64,000 nt of DNA, from NCBI RefSeq assembly GCF_036365525.1, contig NC_090382.1, positions 94,411,982-94,475,981 of the forward strand. Direction: 5' to 3'. Numbering within the stretch: position 1 is the stretch's first letter; each line of letters starts with the position of its first letter. The notes beneath the pieces were generated by a model. The model was not told the origin of the DNA and ran no database searches. It saw nothing but the letters and a program-made list of their open reading frames with translations. A program made the translations under genes and the position numbers. Below, in pieces: positions 39,206 through 52,000 of this stretch. The stretch comes from Heterodontus francisci (Eukaryota).

Positions 39206-39339
39206 ATGGACAGCTGAACTCAAGCAGTTTCCATAAATGTCTATTCTGGAAATTGGAAATGCCAGACTGGTACAGTGGTGAGTTGGGGGTGCAGGAGTAG
39301 TTTACCCAAAATTGGAATTGAAATAACCATGTTGGATGT

Positions 39340-39895
39340 GTCGGAGAATACTTGGCATCAGGTGGCAGGACTATATCTCCAACACAGAAGTCCTTGAAGC
39401 GGCCAACACCCCCAGCTTATACACACTACTGAGTCAGCGGCGCTTGAGATGGCTTGGCCATGTGAGCCGCATGGAAGATGGCAGGATCCCCAAAGACACA
39501 TTGTACAGCGAGCTCGCCACTGGTATCAGACCCACCGGCCGTCCATGTCTCCGTTATAAAGACGTCTGCAAACGTGACATGAAATCGTGTGACATTGATC
39601 ACAAGTCGTGGGAGTCAGTTGCCAGCATTCGCCAGAGCTGGCGGGCAGCCATAAAGACAGGGCTAAATTGTGGCGAGTCGAAGAGACTTAGTAGTTGGCA
39701 GGAAAAAAGACAGAGGCGCAAGGGGAGAGCCAACTGTGCAACAGCCCCAACAAACAAATTTCTCTGCAGCACCTGTGGAAGAGCCTGTCACTCCAGAATT
39801 GGCCTTTATAGCCACTCCAGGCGCTGCTTCACAAACCACTGACCACCTCCAGGCGCGTATCCATTGTCTCTCGAGATAAGGAGGCCCAAAAGAGG
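39340..39895 (+). mobile_element. RTE (BovB-like) 3' fragment, same family as 32150-34870
   Basis: Near-identical peptide SNTEVLEAAN.PSLYTLLSQRRLRWLGHV and the terminal C2H2-like CSTCGRACHSRIGLYSHSRRC. Confidence 0.95.
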
Positions 39896-40359
39896 TTGTG
39901 CTTGATAAAAGAGCAAACTGAAGTGTTCCATTCCCAACTTTCATATTCCTCATTGTAATCAGAGCAGAACTGTCAAAGTAAAGGCAAACTTTTCTCAATC
40001 ATATTTAAAGTATATTGTTAAAATTGCAAATCTGAATTATTTCAAAGGTGCAGGATGCCAAAAATTTAACAGCTAAAAGAGACATTTAGTTTTGTTAATG
40101 TTATTAATGAGAGAGAGAGAAAATTAGATAGAGATGGTCCAATTTGTAAAGCAGTTATCAAGCTGTATATGGTGTGTGATCACCTTTAAGAGTGATGTCC
40201 CTTTAAGATCTTAATATGCTAATGAGATAAGTACCAGGGATGCAGTCATGTGACCACATCCCAGGGTCACTCTGTACTGTATATGATAGTTGAGCTGTGA
40301 TAAACCTGTTTGAGATCTTCAGCATAACTGGACTCCATGCATCTCATTTATGTTGCATT

Positions 40360-43300
40360 CATAGGCCATTCAGCCCATTGAGCATGCTCCACCATTCAAT
40401 ACGATCATGGCTGATCATGCACTTCAATGCCTTTTTCCCACATTATCCCCATATCCCTTTATGTCATTGGTATTTAGAAAATCTCTACTTTAAACATACT
40501 CAATGACTCAGTTTCTACAGCCCTCTGGGGTAGAGAATCCCAAAGATTCACAACCCTATGAGTAAAGAAATTTCTCCTCATCTTGGTTTTAAGTGGCTGC
40601 CCCCCAGATTTGAAATTGTGTCCCCTGGTTCTCAACTCCCCAACCAGGGGAAACATCTTACCTGCATCTACCCTGCCTATCCCTTTAAGTATTTTGCAGA
40701 TTTCAATGAGATCACCTCTGAATCTTTGCAACTATAAAGAATACAGGCCCAGCTTCCCCAATCCCTCTTCATAAAACAGTCCCGCCATCCCGGGAACAAG
40801 TCTGGTGCACCTTCGCTGCACTCTTTCAATGACAATAATATCCTTCTTAAGATTAGAGGACCAAAATTACATACAGTTCTCCAGGTGCAGTCTAACCAAG
40901 ATTCGATACAATTGAAGAAAGACTTCGCTCCTCCTGTACTCAAATCCTCCTGCAATAAAGGGTAATATACCATTAGCCTTTCTAATTGCTTGCTGCACCT
41001 GCATGTTAGCTTTCAGTGACCTATTGACAAGGACACCCAGGTCCCTTTGTACATCGACACTTTCTAATCTCTTACCATTTAAGAAATACTCTGCAACTCT
41101 GCTCCTCCTACCAAAGTGGATAACCTCACATTTTTCCACATTATATTCCATCTGCCAGGTTCTTGCCCACTCACTGGCCGGAATTTTACGCTGTCCCAAC
41201 GGGTTGGATGGTGGCGTGGGGGTGGCTTAAAATTGAACAGCAGGGTCCGGGAGACCGACCCACCCCGCTTCCGCCTCCGGACACGTTTACGGCATCAGGC
41301 GGGGGGTGAAAAACGGCCCGCCCGAGGCTAATCAAGACCCTTAAATGGCCACTTAACGGCCGCTAAGGGCCCTCGCCCGCCTCCACGGGTATTTTACCTC
41401 TGACAAGCGGGTGTGCTGGGGACGTGATAGGCCGCCCAGCTATAGCTGCCGGCCTTTCCGCACCCTGGCGGGGGGTGGGGGGCATGGCAGTCGGGCACAG
41501 GGTGCCCGATTGAGGGCCACCCCCGCCTCCCAACCCACCCCCAGGACCCAAGACACCACTCTCCCGCCAAACAACCACTCTAGCCTCACCAGGGAAGGAC
41601 CAATCCCACTGGTCAGGCATACCCCCTACCTATCTGCCCCCCTCGATCCATGGCGTCGGCTGGACTGCAGTGCCAGCAGTGGCCACCGCTCCCAGTGGAG
41701 CTGCTGGGACTAAGAGCTGCTGGCCCGCTGATTGGCCGGCAGCTCACTGAGGTGGGACCTCCTCCCTCAAGTGGGTGGAAGTCCCGCCTCGAGACAATTA
41801 AAGCCCGGGGACCCCATAAAATACGGGACAGATCCCCAGGCTAGACAGAAACGGGTTCACCACCGACTTTCACGTTGGAGTCTGGCTCCCATCCATCCAC
41901 TGTAAAATTCCGGCCATTAAGTCTGTCCAAATCCCCTTGAAGCCGCTTTGCTTTTTCATCACAACACATATTCCCACCTAGTTTTGTGTCATCCGCAAAC
42001 CTGGAAATATTACATTTGACCCCCACATCCAAATCATTGATATATATTTTGAACAGCTGGGGCCCAAGTACTGATCCTTGTGGTACCCCACTAGTCACAC
42101 TTGCCAATACGTTTATTCTGACTCTCTGTTTCTGCCTGTTAACCAATCTTTAATCCATGCCAGTATATTACCTCCAATCCCATGAGCTTTAATTTTGCTA
42201 ACCAGCCTCTTGTGGGGACTTTATCAAAAGCCTTCTGAAAATCCAAGTATACGACATTCCCCAACTCCTTTACTAATTCTGTTAGTAACATCCTCAAAAA
42301 ACTCCAACAGGTTCATCAAACATGATTTCCCATTCATAAATCCATGTTGACTATGCCCAATCAGATCATTATTATCTAAGTGTCCATTTATTGCATCCTT
42401 TAGAATGGATTCTAGCATTTTCCCTACTACTGATGTAAGGCTAACAGGTTTGTACTTCCCTGTTTTCTCTCTCCCTCCCTTCTTAAATAGTGGGGTGACA
42501 TTTCCAATCTATAGGAACCATTCCAGAATCTCTAGAATTTTGGAAGATGATCACCAATGCATCCACTATCTCCATAGCTACCTCTTTCAACACTCTGGGT
42601 TGTAGAATATCAGGTCCTGGGGACCTATCAACCTTCAACCCCATTAATTTCTCCAATACAACCTTATGAATACTAATGTCCTTCAATTCCTCATTCTCCC
42701 TAGTCCCTTGGATCTCTAGTTCTGGGAGATTTCTAGTATCTTTCTCAGTGAAGACAGACACAAAGTAATCATTTAGCTTCTCTGCCATTTCTCTATTCCC
42801 TTGACCAAACATTTCCTTTTTACATACCTATAGAAGCTTTTACAGTCCATTTTTATGTTTTTTGCTAGTTTACATTCATATTCTATTCTCCCTTTCTTTA
42901 TCGGTTTCTTGGGCCTCCTTTCCTGTGTTCCAAAATCCTCCCAATCCTCAGGTTTACTACTATTTCTAGCAACTTTATAGACCTTTTCTTTTAATCTTAT
43001 ACAATCCTCAACTTCCTTTGTTATCCATTGTTGACTGACTTTTCTTTAGGGGTGTTTGTGCCTTAAAGGAATGTATAGTTGCTGTAAACTATGTAATAAT
43101 TCTTTAAAGACTATTCATTGCCTATGTACTGTCATAACTTTTAATGTATTTTCCCAATCCACCTCAGCCAATTTGCCCCTCATACCTTCATAATTTCCTT
43201 TGTTCAAATTTAACACCCTGGCTTCAGATTGAACTACTTCACTTTCAAACATAATGTAAAATGATATCATATTATGGTCACTCATCCTTAAAGGTTCTTT

Positions 43301-44363
43301 GACAACAAGACTATTAATTAGCACTTTCTCATTACATAATACAAGATCTAAAATAGCCTCTTCTCTGGTCGGTTCCTCAACATACTGCTTTAGAAAACCA
43401 TCCGTGACACACTCTGGAAACTTGTCCTCCACAGCATTAGCACTCATTAGGTTTACCCAGTCTATATGCAGATTGAAGTCACCCATGATTACTGTATTAC
43501 CCATGCTACATGCTTCTCTAATCTCCTGATTAATACCATTCCCCACACTACCACCACTGTTTGGTGGCCTATAAACAACTCCTACCAATGTTTCCTGCCC
43601 CTTGCTGTTTCTTAGCTCCACCCAAGCAGAGTCCACATTTTGTTCTTCCGATCTGAGATCCTCCCTTACTAATGTACTGATCCCATCCCTTATTATCAGC
43701 ACAGCACTACCTCCTTTTCCTTTTTGCCTGTCCTTCCTAAATGTTGAATATCCTTTAATATTCAGTTCCCAGTTTTGGTCACCCTGTAGCCACGTTTCCG
43801 TAATGGAAATTAGATTATACCCATTTACCTCTATTTGTGCCTTTAAATCATCTACCTTGCTGTGAATGCTGTGTGCATTCAGGTAGAGTGCCTTTAACCT
43901 TGTCTTTTTGACATGATTCTGCATTCTAAGCCTAGTTGATACTCGCCTTTGTTTGCCTGCTTTCTGCTTCGCTTGCTACTTTTCTATTTCCTGATTTCAG
44001 ATGTACTTCCTTCCATTTGAGCTACCCCTGACAAAAGAGTTTAAACGCTCCCCAAAGCTCTAGCAAACCTCCCTGCAAGGATAATGGTCCTGGTCCTGTT
44101 AAGGTGTAGCCCGTCCATCTTGTACACGTCCCACCTGCCCCTGAATCGGTCCCAAAGCCTCAGAAATCTGATGCCCTCCCTACGACACAAATTCTCCAGC
44201 CATGTGTTCAATCAATCAATCCCCCTTTTCCTATGCTCACTAGCACGTGGCACTGGGAGTAATCCTGAGATTACTCCTCTTGAGGTCCTGCTTTTTAATT
44301 TACTTCCTAACTCCCTAAAATCTGCTTTCAGGACCTTATCCCTCTTTCTACCTATCTCATTTG
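40360..44363 (-). mobile_element. Near full-length CR1 (HER1-like) LINE: ORF1 esterase C-terminus, APE endonuclease and RT, decayed
   Basis: ORF1 NEIG..FRELGSKLKSRTSR.VISGLLPVPRA. Endonuclease [58 protein letters not shown]. Confidence 0.95.
41175..41916. mobile_element. Harbinger-like MITE, copy 4, nested in the CR1 RT region
   Basis: Perfect 15-bp TIRs TGGCCGGAATTTTAC / GTAAAATTCCGGCCA. CR1 coding sequence continues on both sides (RLQGDLDRL | SEWARTWQM). CpG-rich. Confidence 0.9.
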
Positions 44364-45230
44364 CGACTCCTCTGATACTGAAGCAGCCCATGTCCATATA
44401 CAGCAAGATCTGGACAACAACCAGACATGGACTGATAAATGGCAAGTAACATTCACGCCACACAAGTGCCAGGCAATGACCATCTCAAACAAGAGGAAAT
44501 CTAACCTTCTCCCCTTGATGTTCTATGGCATTACCATCGCTGAATCCCCCAGTATCAACATCCTGGAGGTCACCATTGACCAGAAACTGAATTGGATCAG
44601 CCACATAAATGCTGTGGCCAGAAGAGCAGGTCAGAAGCTGGGAATTTTGCAGTGGGCAACTCACCTCTTGTCTCCCCAAAGCCTGTCAACCATCTACAAG
44701 GCACAAGTCAGGAGTGTGATGAATATTCTCCACGTGCCTGGATGGGTGCAGCTACAACAACAGTCAAGAAGCTGAACACCATCCAGGACAAAGCAGCCTG
44801 CTTGATTGATACCCCATCCACAACCTTCAACATTTACTCCTTCCACCACCGACGCACAGCGGCAGCAGTGTGTACCATCTACAGGATGCACTGCAGCAAC
44901 TCACCAAGGCTCCTTTGACAGCACCTTCCAAATCTGCAACCTCTAGCACCTAGAAGGTCAAGGCAGCATATGCATGGGAACACCAAAACCTGCAAGTTCC
45001 CCTCCAAGCCACACACCATCCTGACTTGGAACTATATCGCCGTTCCTTTATCGTATCTGGGTCAAAATCCTGGAACTTCCTTCTTAACAGCATTGTTGGT
45101 GTACCTACATCCCAAGAACTGCAGCAGTTCAAGAAGGCAGCTCACCACCACCTTCTCAAGGGCAATTAGGGATGGGCAAAAAACACATGTCTAGCCAGCA
45201 ACGTCCACATCCCACGAATGTATAAAAAAA
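44364..45230 (+). mobile_element. CR1-clade LINE (second family) 3' fragment
   Basis: MTISNKRKSNLLPLMFYGITIAESP..LSTIYKAQVRSV matches the 3975-4784 ORF. Same 3' UTR with an A-rich tail. Confidence 0.9.
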
Positions 45231-47399
45231 GACAACATAAAGAACTCATTACAGTATAAACACTCCATCTCCATAAACAAAAAAGTATGCTATTTCTTAA
45301 GGTGCCATTACCAACATGACATCAGAATTCCATCTATTACTTTTGTACCATTTTGTACCAAGCAAGTCTACAGCCAATCATTGATGGAAATAACTCTTTC
45401 ATAACATGCCAGTCTCGAAACAAGATGCTACTCCTCTAGTGCTTAGAATGGCAGTTGCATGCCCAGCGTTGACAAAAGCAGGTTGGGTCCCAATGGACTG
45501 ACAGTCATTTGATGTAACAAGTAGACCTCACTGTCAGCAGAAGTGCACTTGTCCAGTATTAACCTATCCTACTTAAGTGAATACTTGATACATGAGTCAA
45601 TCTAGTAAAGTAAAAGAAAATTTAAAAAATATTTTCTATCCACAGCTATTTTTTTCATGTTTTGGCAAAATTACACAGTCACAATGTATAACATGTCATA
45701 AACAAGTAAGTAACCTTCAAAAAAAACGCAAGTTGAAATCTAAAGTCTAAGTGTGTGTTTTCTTTTTCATTTTTGTTTTATTTAAGTCCAATGTAAACAA
45801 GCATCTTTGATCTGATGGAATTGTGTTTATCTCACTGAAATTTTCAGTCTGTTTGCTTTCAACAATAACTGACAAACTTCAATTCTCTGATGTTAAGCTT
45901 CTTCTCTGGCTTCTAAGATTTTAGCATGTATTTTCAAAAAGGTTCAAAGCAGCAACAAATTGTTGTTAGTAGCATATAATGTGATACATGTAATTAAAAT
46001 GTTATTGAGTGTTGTGTTTGGTATGGAAAATCAAAATGACTATCAAAAGTACCGCATTGACTTTAGACTCTGTGGGTGCTGAGTAGCGGAAACACGTCCA
46101 GGAATAACCAACAAATGCCGGAAGTCCATTTAATACAGGACATTACAACCAGATAGCACAATACTTTGTTCAGGTTAGTGTCGCTAAGTGAAACAAGCTC
46201 GGGAGAGGGAAACTCTATTGCATAAAATAGAATGTCAGATTTGAAGCCATTTAGTACGCATTCTGTGCCTGTCAATGTGTCAAAGCCAATCAAAATTAGA
46301 ACCACTTGTGACAGAGGCTACCATCCAGCCTCTCACAACAACAACACAGTCACTGTCAATCACTGTCAAGTTGTCAGAGTGGTGTAGTCCAGTGTACAAA
46401 CAATTTCAAATATTCCTCCTGCTACTTAGAGATAGGAGCTTGTGCTCAAACTTTCTCCGGAGAACCTAAAGGTTAACAAATGGTTTTCAGGAGTCATATT
46501 TGCTTCACACACATGAACTCAAATTTCTTCCAATATTTTTTGGAGAGCTGCTTTATAGCAGATAAACTTCTCAAAGATACAAACTATCAAAATATTTGTT
46601 AGATAAAAAAATCTCTAAAACTGTGATAGTTGGCATGGAGACTCACTGTCAAGGATAACTTTAACTGAAATATCTCCAGTATTAATCATAAAAGGAGGTG
46701 GAGAGTGATGCAAGAACTACAGGAACAGCTGATAGTAACAACTGGTATCACTTTTCTTGGACTGATAGTGCAATTCATATTCATGTCTGTTTCATTAAAA
46801 TATTTTTCATACTAAAAAATGGTTAAATTTTGACACCATCTTACTGGACACAAAGTTTTCTAAAGTGCTTGGAGTCCTCAACACAAATCTGCCTGCCTCA
46901 GTTTTCTTTGGAAACTTAACATGCTATTACATAGCTTCGAGTTTGCAGCTTGAACCAATACAGCCTTAAATTTCAAAGGGAAGTATTACAATTCTTTTTC
47001 TGATTAAGCTATCATGTTAAACTTTAACCTTTTTCTTTTGTCAGATGCTGACTGACCAGCTGAGTTATGACATTTCTTTTGTTTTGACCCTCAGTGGCTG
47101 AGGGAATCATCAGTTCTAAAGAGACAGAATTTAAATGCTTGGTGAACTTTTTTTTGTGGTAAATTTAAAGCTGTATCAAGGTGAGAAAACCATTTTTTGC
47201 TGTTCTTTGTGCCAAATACTCTCATTATCAGGTGCAACATGGGCTAATTATCCTCTCCAATCATAAACTACTGAACAAAAATTACACTTTCACTTTTTTT
47301 TAATACAAGCCTTCTGTAGAGAATTAGGACTCTTAACTATTAGCACAAAAGGGAACCATCTGGTTCTTCTGGCCTCTTCTAACGTCAGGCCAATCTCAG

Positions 47400-48450
47400 G
47401 AGTTGATTCGACACAATTTCATGTTCCTTTTCTCTCCCTTTTTCTTTTATCTTATTCTTCTATAGATAATTATCCAGCACCTTGTCCTCAATTTACCACT
47501 CATCATTATTGGTGACAAAGCATTACATATTCCATAACTCTTTGTATGAAACATTTTCTTCTAATTTCCCCCTTAATGCATTCAGCACTTATCTTGGGAT
47601 CGGATCATGTACCTTTGATTTACGTCATGAAAATTATCAATCAATGCTTGCTTTGTCTGTTCCTTCTTTCATTTTAAACGCTTCCATTAACCCCTTCCAC
47701 CCAAGCCCCCACCCCACCCAATATATGCAGCTTGAGAGAATACAGCTCTAGTTAATGTAGTTTTTCCTTATAACAAAGACCCCTCATCCTTGCTATCATC
47801 TTGGTAAAGCTAAATTGTATTCGCTCTATGGCTATTATTTTCCTCCTATAATGAATAGTCCCAAATGGCACAGATGTGTAGTAATTTACATTGTGAAGAG
47901 TCGTCATAACCTTTCCACTTACATTTAGTCCTTTGCAATGCAAATCCCAAAATCTCATTTGCCTTCTTTATGTTTGTTATTGATTTATGTATCTGCACAT
48001 GTAAACCCCTTTACTTCTGCACTGCAGTGAGATATTTACTGTGTAAAACAAATTCTTTATTCTTTTTCCCCAAATATATTATTTTATATCTTTCTGTAGT
48101 AAACTATGTTTATCACTTATAAGTCCATTCTCTAAACTGTTGAACCTCTTATTTATTCTTCTGCATTCTTACTGGCATTTTGCTACCCATTCCAGTTTGG
48201 CATCATCAGCAACATTTGATACATACTCCTTTATGTCTAATTCCAGATCATTTATATATATACGGAGGATACAAATGCTCCAATATTGACTACCCATAAG
48301 CTACTTCCCATTAGTCTGAGAAGCAACCATCTACAAGTATGTTTTCTTGTCTACCTTTCAGTTATCTCCATATCTGTACCACTACTTTCCCTTTTTTGCA
48401 TATGACACTTTATCAAATGCTTTTGAAGCCTCTGTGTACTATTTCTCTTT
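47400..48450 (-). mobile_element. Highly degraded CR1
   Basis: IIAIERIQFSFTKMIARMRGLCYKEKL and a ..ADDAKL remnant (TGCTGATGATGCCAAACTG on minus). Confidence 0.65.
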
Positions 48451-48610
48451 TGCCCATTATATGTTATTATTTCAAAAAATTATACCAGACATGACCTACT
48501 CTTCAAAAATTTATGTTGATTACTTCTGACCAGTCAGTGCCTTCTGTTTGATCCATGACCTTTACCCGACTGTGTGAAAGCTAGAGGCCACAGTTGACGA
48601 CATAAAATTA

Positions 48611-48937
48611 GGGCGGCACAGTGGCGCAGTGGTAAGCACCGCAGCCTCACAGCTCCAGCGAACCGGGTTCAATTCTGGGTACTGCCTGTGTGGAGTTTGC
48701 AAGTTCTCCCTGTGTCTGCGTGGGTTTCCTCCCACATGCCAAAGACTTGCAGGTTGATAGGTAAATTGGCCATTAGAAATTGCCCCTAGTATAGGTAGGT
48801 GGTAGAGAAAATATAGGGACAGGTGGGGATGTGGTAGGAATATGGGATTAGTGTAGGATTAGTATAAATGGGTGGTTGATGGTCGGCACAGACTCGGTGG
48901 GCCGAAGGGCCTGTTTCAGTGCTGTATCTCTAAAAAA
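48611..48937 (+). mobile_element. HE1-type V-SINE (tRNA-derived, elasmobranch)
   Basis: A box TGGCGCAGTGG, B box GGTTCAATTC, V-domain GTGTGGAGTTTGCAAGTTCTCCC..GCGTGGGTTTCCTCC, and CR1-like tail GGGCCGAAGGGCCTGTTTCAGTGCTGTATCTCTAAA. Confidence 0.9.
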
Positions 48938-48949
48938 GAAATTTAAAAA

Positions 48950-49045
48950 AAGCAGTGGCTGCACTTCATTAAGTAATTAATTAGCTATGAGGCACTTTGG
49001 GACATCCTGAGAACATGAAAGTCACTATATAAATGCAAATTATTT
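48950..49045 (+). mobile_element. Deu-SINE/L2-type 3' tail fragment
   Basis: GCACTTTGGGACATCCTGAG..GAAAGTCACTATATAAATGCAA, similar to the tail at about 27010-27065. Confidence 0.6.
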
Positions 49046-52000
49046 TGTTTGATTATTCAATTCTTTATCTCAAATTATAGTCTCTGCTAATTTTCTTACT
49101 TTTGATGCAAAAGTAAATAAGCATTGTTTGCATTCCTCTCTCCCCCTTTTTAAAAAAGGCGCAACTTTTGCTACCACATAGTCTTTTAGCACAGTTCCTG
49201 GATCTGAGGAACTTTGGAGATCATAGTTTATTGCTCCATTACTTCTTTAATAACCTCCTAGATTTTGGGGTTTGTACCATCTCATCCTGGAAACACTGGG
49301 GTAGAGTTCCTGTTGGGCACAAAGGGGTTGTTGCACTGGTTTGGTTGAGCTTCAAGTGTCTACTAAAATGTATTTGCATAATCACAAACATAAAATCTTC
49401 CAAGCGAAATCAGTCAATGTAATAGAATCTAACAATTTCTTTTTTCTCTTTTCATTAAATGTATTCCTTAATGTATTTAAGAATGGTAACCTGGTGCAGT
49501 TTTATTAATACAGCTGAAAATGTATTACTATATTTTCAAAACGAATAAATTTTATTAAGGTTGCCAAGTCTTCTACCTGCAAGTAATCTGATTTAAAAGC
49601 ACTGAAATTACTTTAAAAAACTATACTGAACAATTTAATAGTTTCATTAGTGTACACCAGTCACTTTCTTCATAAGTTAAATATTTTTTGATATGAAAAA
49701 TCTTTTACAAACGTGCCTACTAGTACCCTTGCACTTAAGATAATATGCGCAATTTGAAGACCCTTCTTGAACCAGCACCATCAGCGGAATTTTGCAATTT
49801 TGACTGCATGCACGGGCAGTTTTGTGGGCTGATTCAGGTGAATTGAACCAGAATTAAAGATCATGGGAAACATGAGCATAAGCAATTTTGGGCGTAGCTC
49901 ACCTATGTTTTAAATTACATCATGTTTTGCATTGATTCAGTGGATTCCACCCAGATTTCACTGGAATCTGGGTGTAAAACTAACAGAAACATTCCCCCAT
50001 TAATTTTAGGATCCTGAGCACCTGAAGTACCATTTCCTCATTAATGCGCTATTCTAAGGGTTGATCATACACTCTTTAAACCACAAACTTTCAAAGAATT
50101 CCTTTATACTGGTGCAATTTCCTTTTGTGGTATAATAATCTCACTGTGTTCATATTGAGTAATCCCACACATCTTTTATAATTCCTTTTGGTTTCTAAAT
50201 CCTAATTAGTGCTGAATTATTTGTATTTTTGTGCTGCGGTGTAATGTCCCTTATGAAATGGATTGAATCTGACCAAACTCATTTCATTTGGAACCAGCAG
50301 AAATAAAGGTACCTTTCATCCCATCTACGCAGTCTAGATTTTAGAATCTTGTTGAAAAGCCTCTGAATGAGACAATTAGGCAAAATGTTGGGGCTTTGTG
50401 GTAGAAATGGTAAGCGTCTGTTCCACCAAAAATGACTGATCATGCATTGCAAGACTTGCACTGGCAATGCAAGAGCTGCAACCTTTAAACAAGACCATAA
50501 ACTGATATCACTTCAGTTGTATATGTGAATAGTCCTGGAAGAACACCAATGAATTCAAAGTGATCTCCTTATTCAAACGGACTGACACAGGGGAGTGAGA
50601 TTCCCTGAGTAGTTCTTCGAGGGCCAGCATGGACATGATGGGCCAAATGGCCTCCTTCTGTGCTGTTACCATTCTATGATTCTAAATATATGATACATTT
50701 ATGATAGAGGAAAGCTTAGGGAATATTTTTACATTGGCTGTACCTTTGAAAAGCTGCTCTTTTCGCAAGTCAGCTCCTGGATTAAAAGAGTAGGAAAGAA
50801 ACTTCAATGCTCTTGATGACATGCCCTTTTCTCCACAAGTACACTGGTTCTTTCAGGCTCCATGGTTAATGATCTTCAAGTAAATAAATAACTGATAGGT
50901 GGCTGCACTGCACTGTTATATCATTATGAGCTCAATTACATGCTTTAAAAGATTTTCACCCTGTCTTTTGGATTGATGATAGCGATATAGACAAAAGGAG
51001 CTCCATGCTTGGGTTTTTGGCATATTCTGTCCAAAGTCCAAAAAACAGTATTTTGATTCATCATGTTATAGAACATGTGGAAGATCTGCTAAAAGCCAAG
51101 AACATGGAGAACCTTTCAGTGTAAGATTTATCTTTTATTAATACTTTCAGGGCAGAGACTTCTTCATTGATCAAAGCCTGCTTCATTCGTTCACAAAACA
51201 AATGAGTTTGCCCTCATCCCACCCTCCTATATCACTAGACGCTGGGAGAAGATGCTGAGATGTACTCTCTAGATCATTTATCACTATTTCGAAAACCATG
51301 AGCAAAGTGAGTAGAAGTCTAGTTTCTGCCAGCCATGCCCTATTATGTGATGAATATATGAAATGCAGTGTGAGAAAATTTAAGTGCCTTCATCGTTCTC
51401 TGCGCGTGTTATTCCTGCTCTCAGATACTGGACCTGCCACATGCAGGTTGGGAAGTTTTTTTTTTAAAATGGAGGGGAAATAACTGTAAAGCATGCATCT
51501 TCTGGTGACTAGTTGCTGAGTGTCACCAGAAATTATCTCTCACCAGGCAATCTGATTGTAACTTATAAAGCTATCAATGCTTACAAACCAGAGAGATGTC
51601 AGTTGATATCAGGAACCAGAACCCAACAGCGATGTCTGCTATGTCCAAAGAAATGCACAAGACTCCTGCAGTGAGCTATTTTTTTGTGTCATTCACAGCA
51701 GTACTCACCAACATCCCCAGCACATCAAAACTAGCTTTCATTCAGTCTTGATAAATGCAGCACTTATCTGTCAGATAATGCTATGCCAGGGTTAGGATTT
51801 CCATCAACTGCAAAAGCAGTTGCTTTTCAAGTTTCATGTCCCTTGGATCATTTGTTCCTCAGCCAAAAATGTAAAACAAAATCATCTACTTTACAAAAAA
51901 TGGTAGTGGAAAGTTTCTAGTTAGGAGGACTGAGCATTACACAGTGGTTAGCATTTCACATTTGGATTCAAAAATTTATAAAACAAGATTGCAAGCAGAG

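Noticed and set aside
40170-40358. Possible short solo LTR
   Set aside because: LTR-like composition, but no second copy, PBS or clear termini to support it.
48611-48690. tRNA gene (also 60020-60086)
   Set aside because: The A and B boxes continue into a SINE body and LINE-derived tail, so these are SINE heads.
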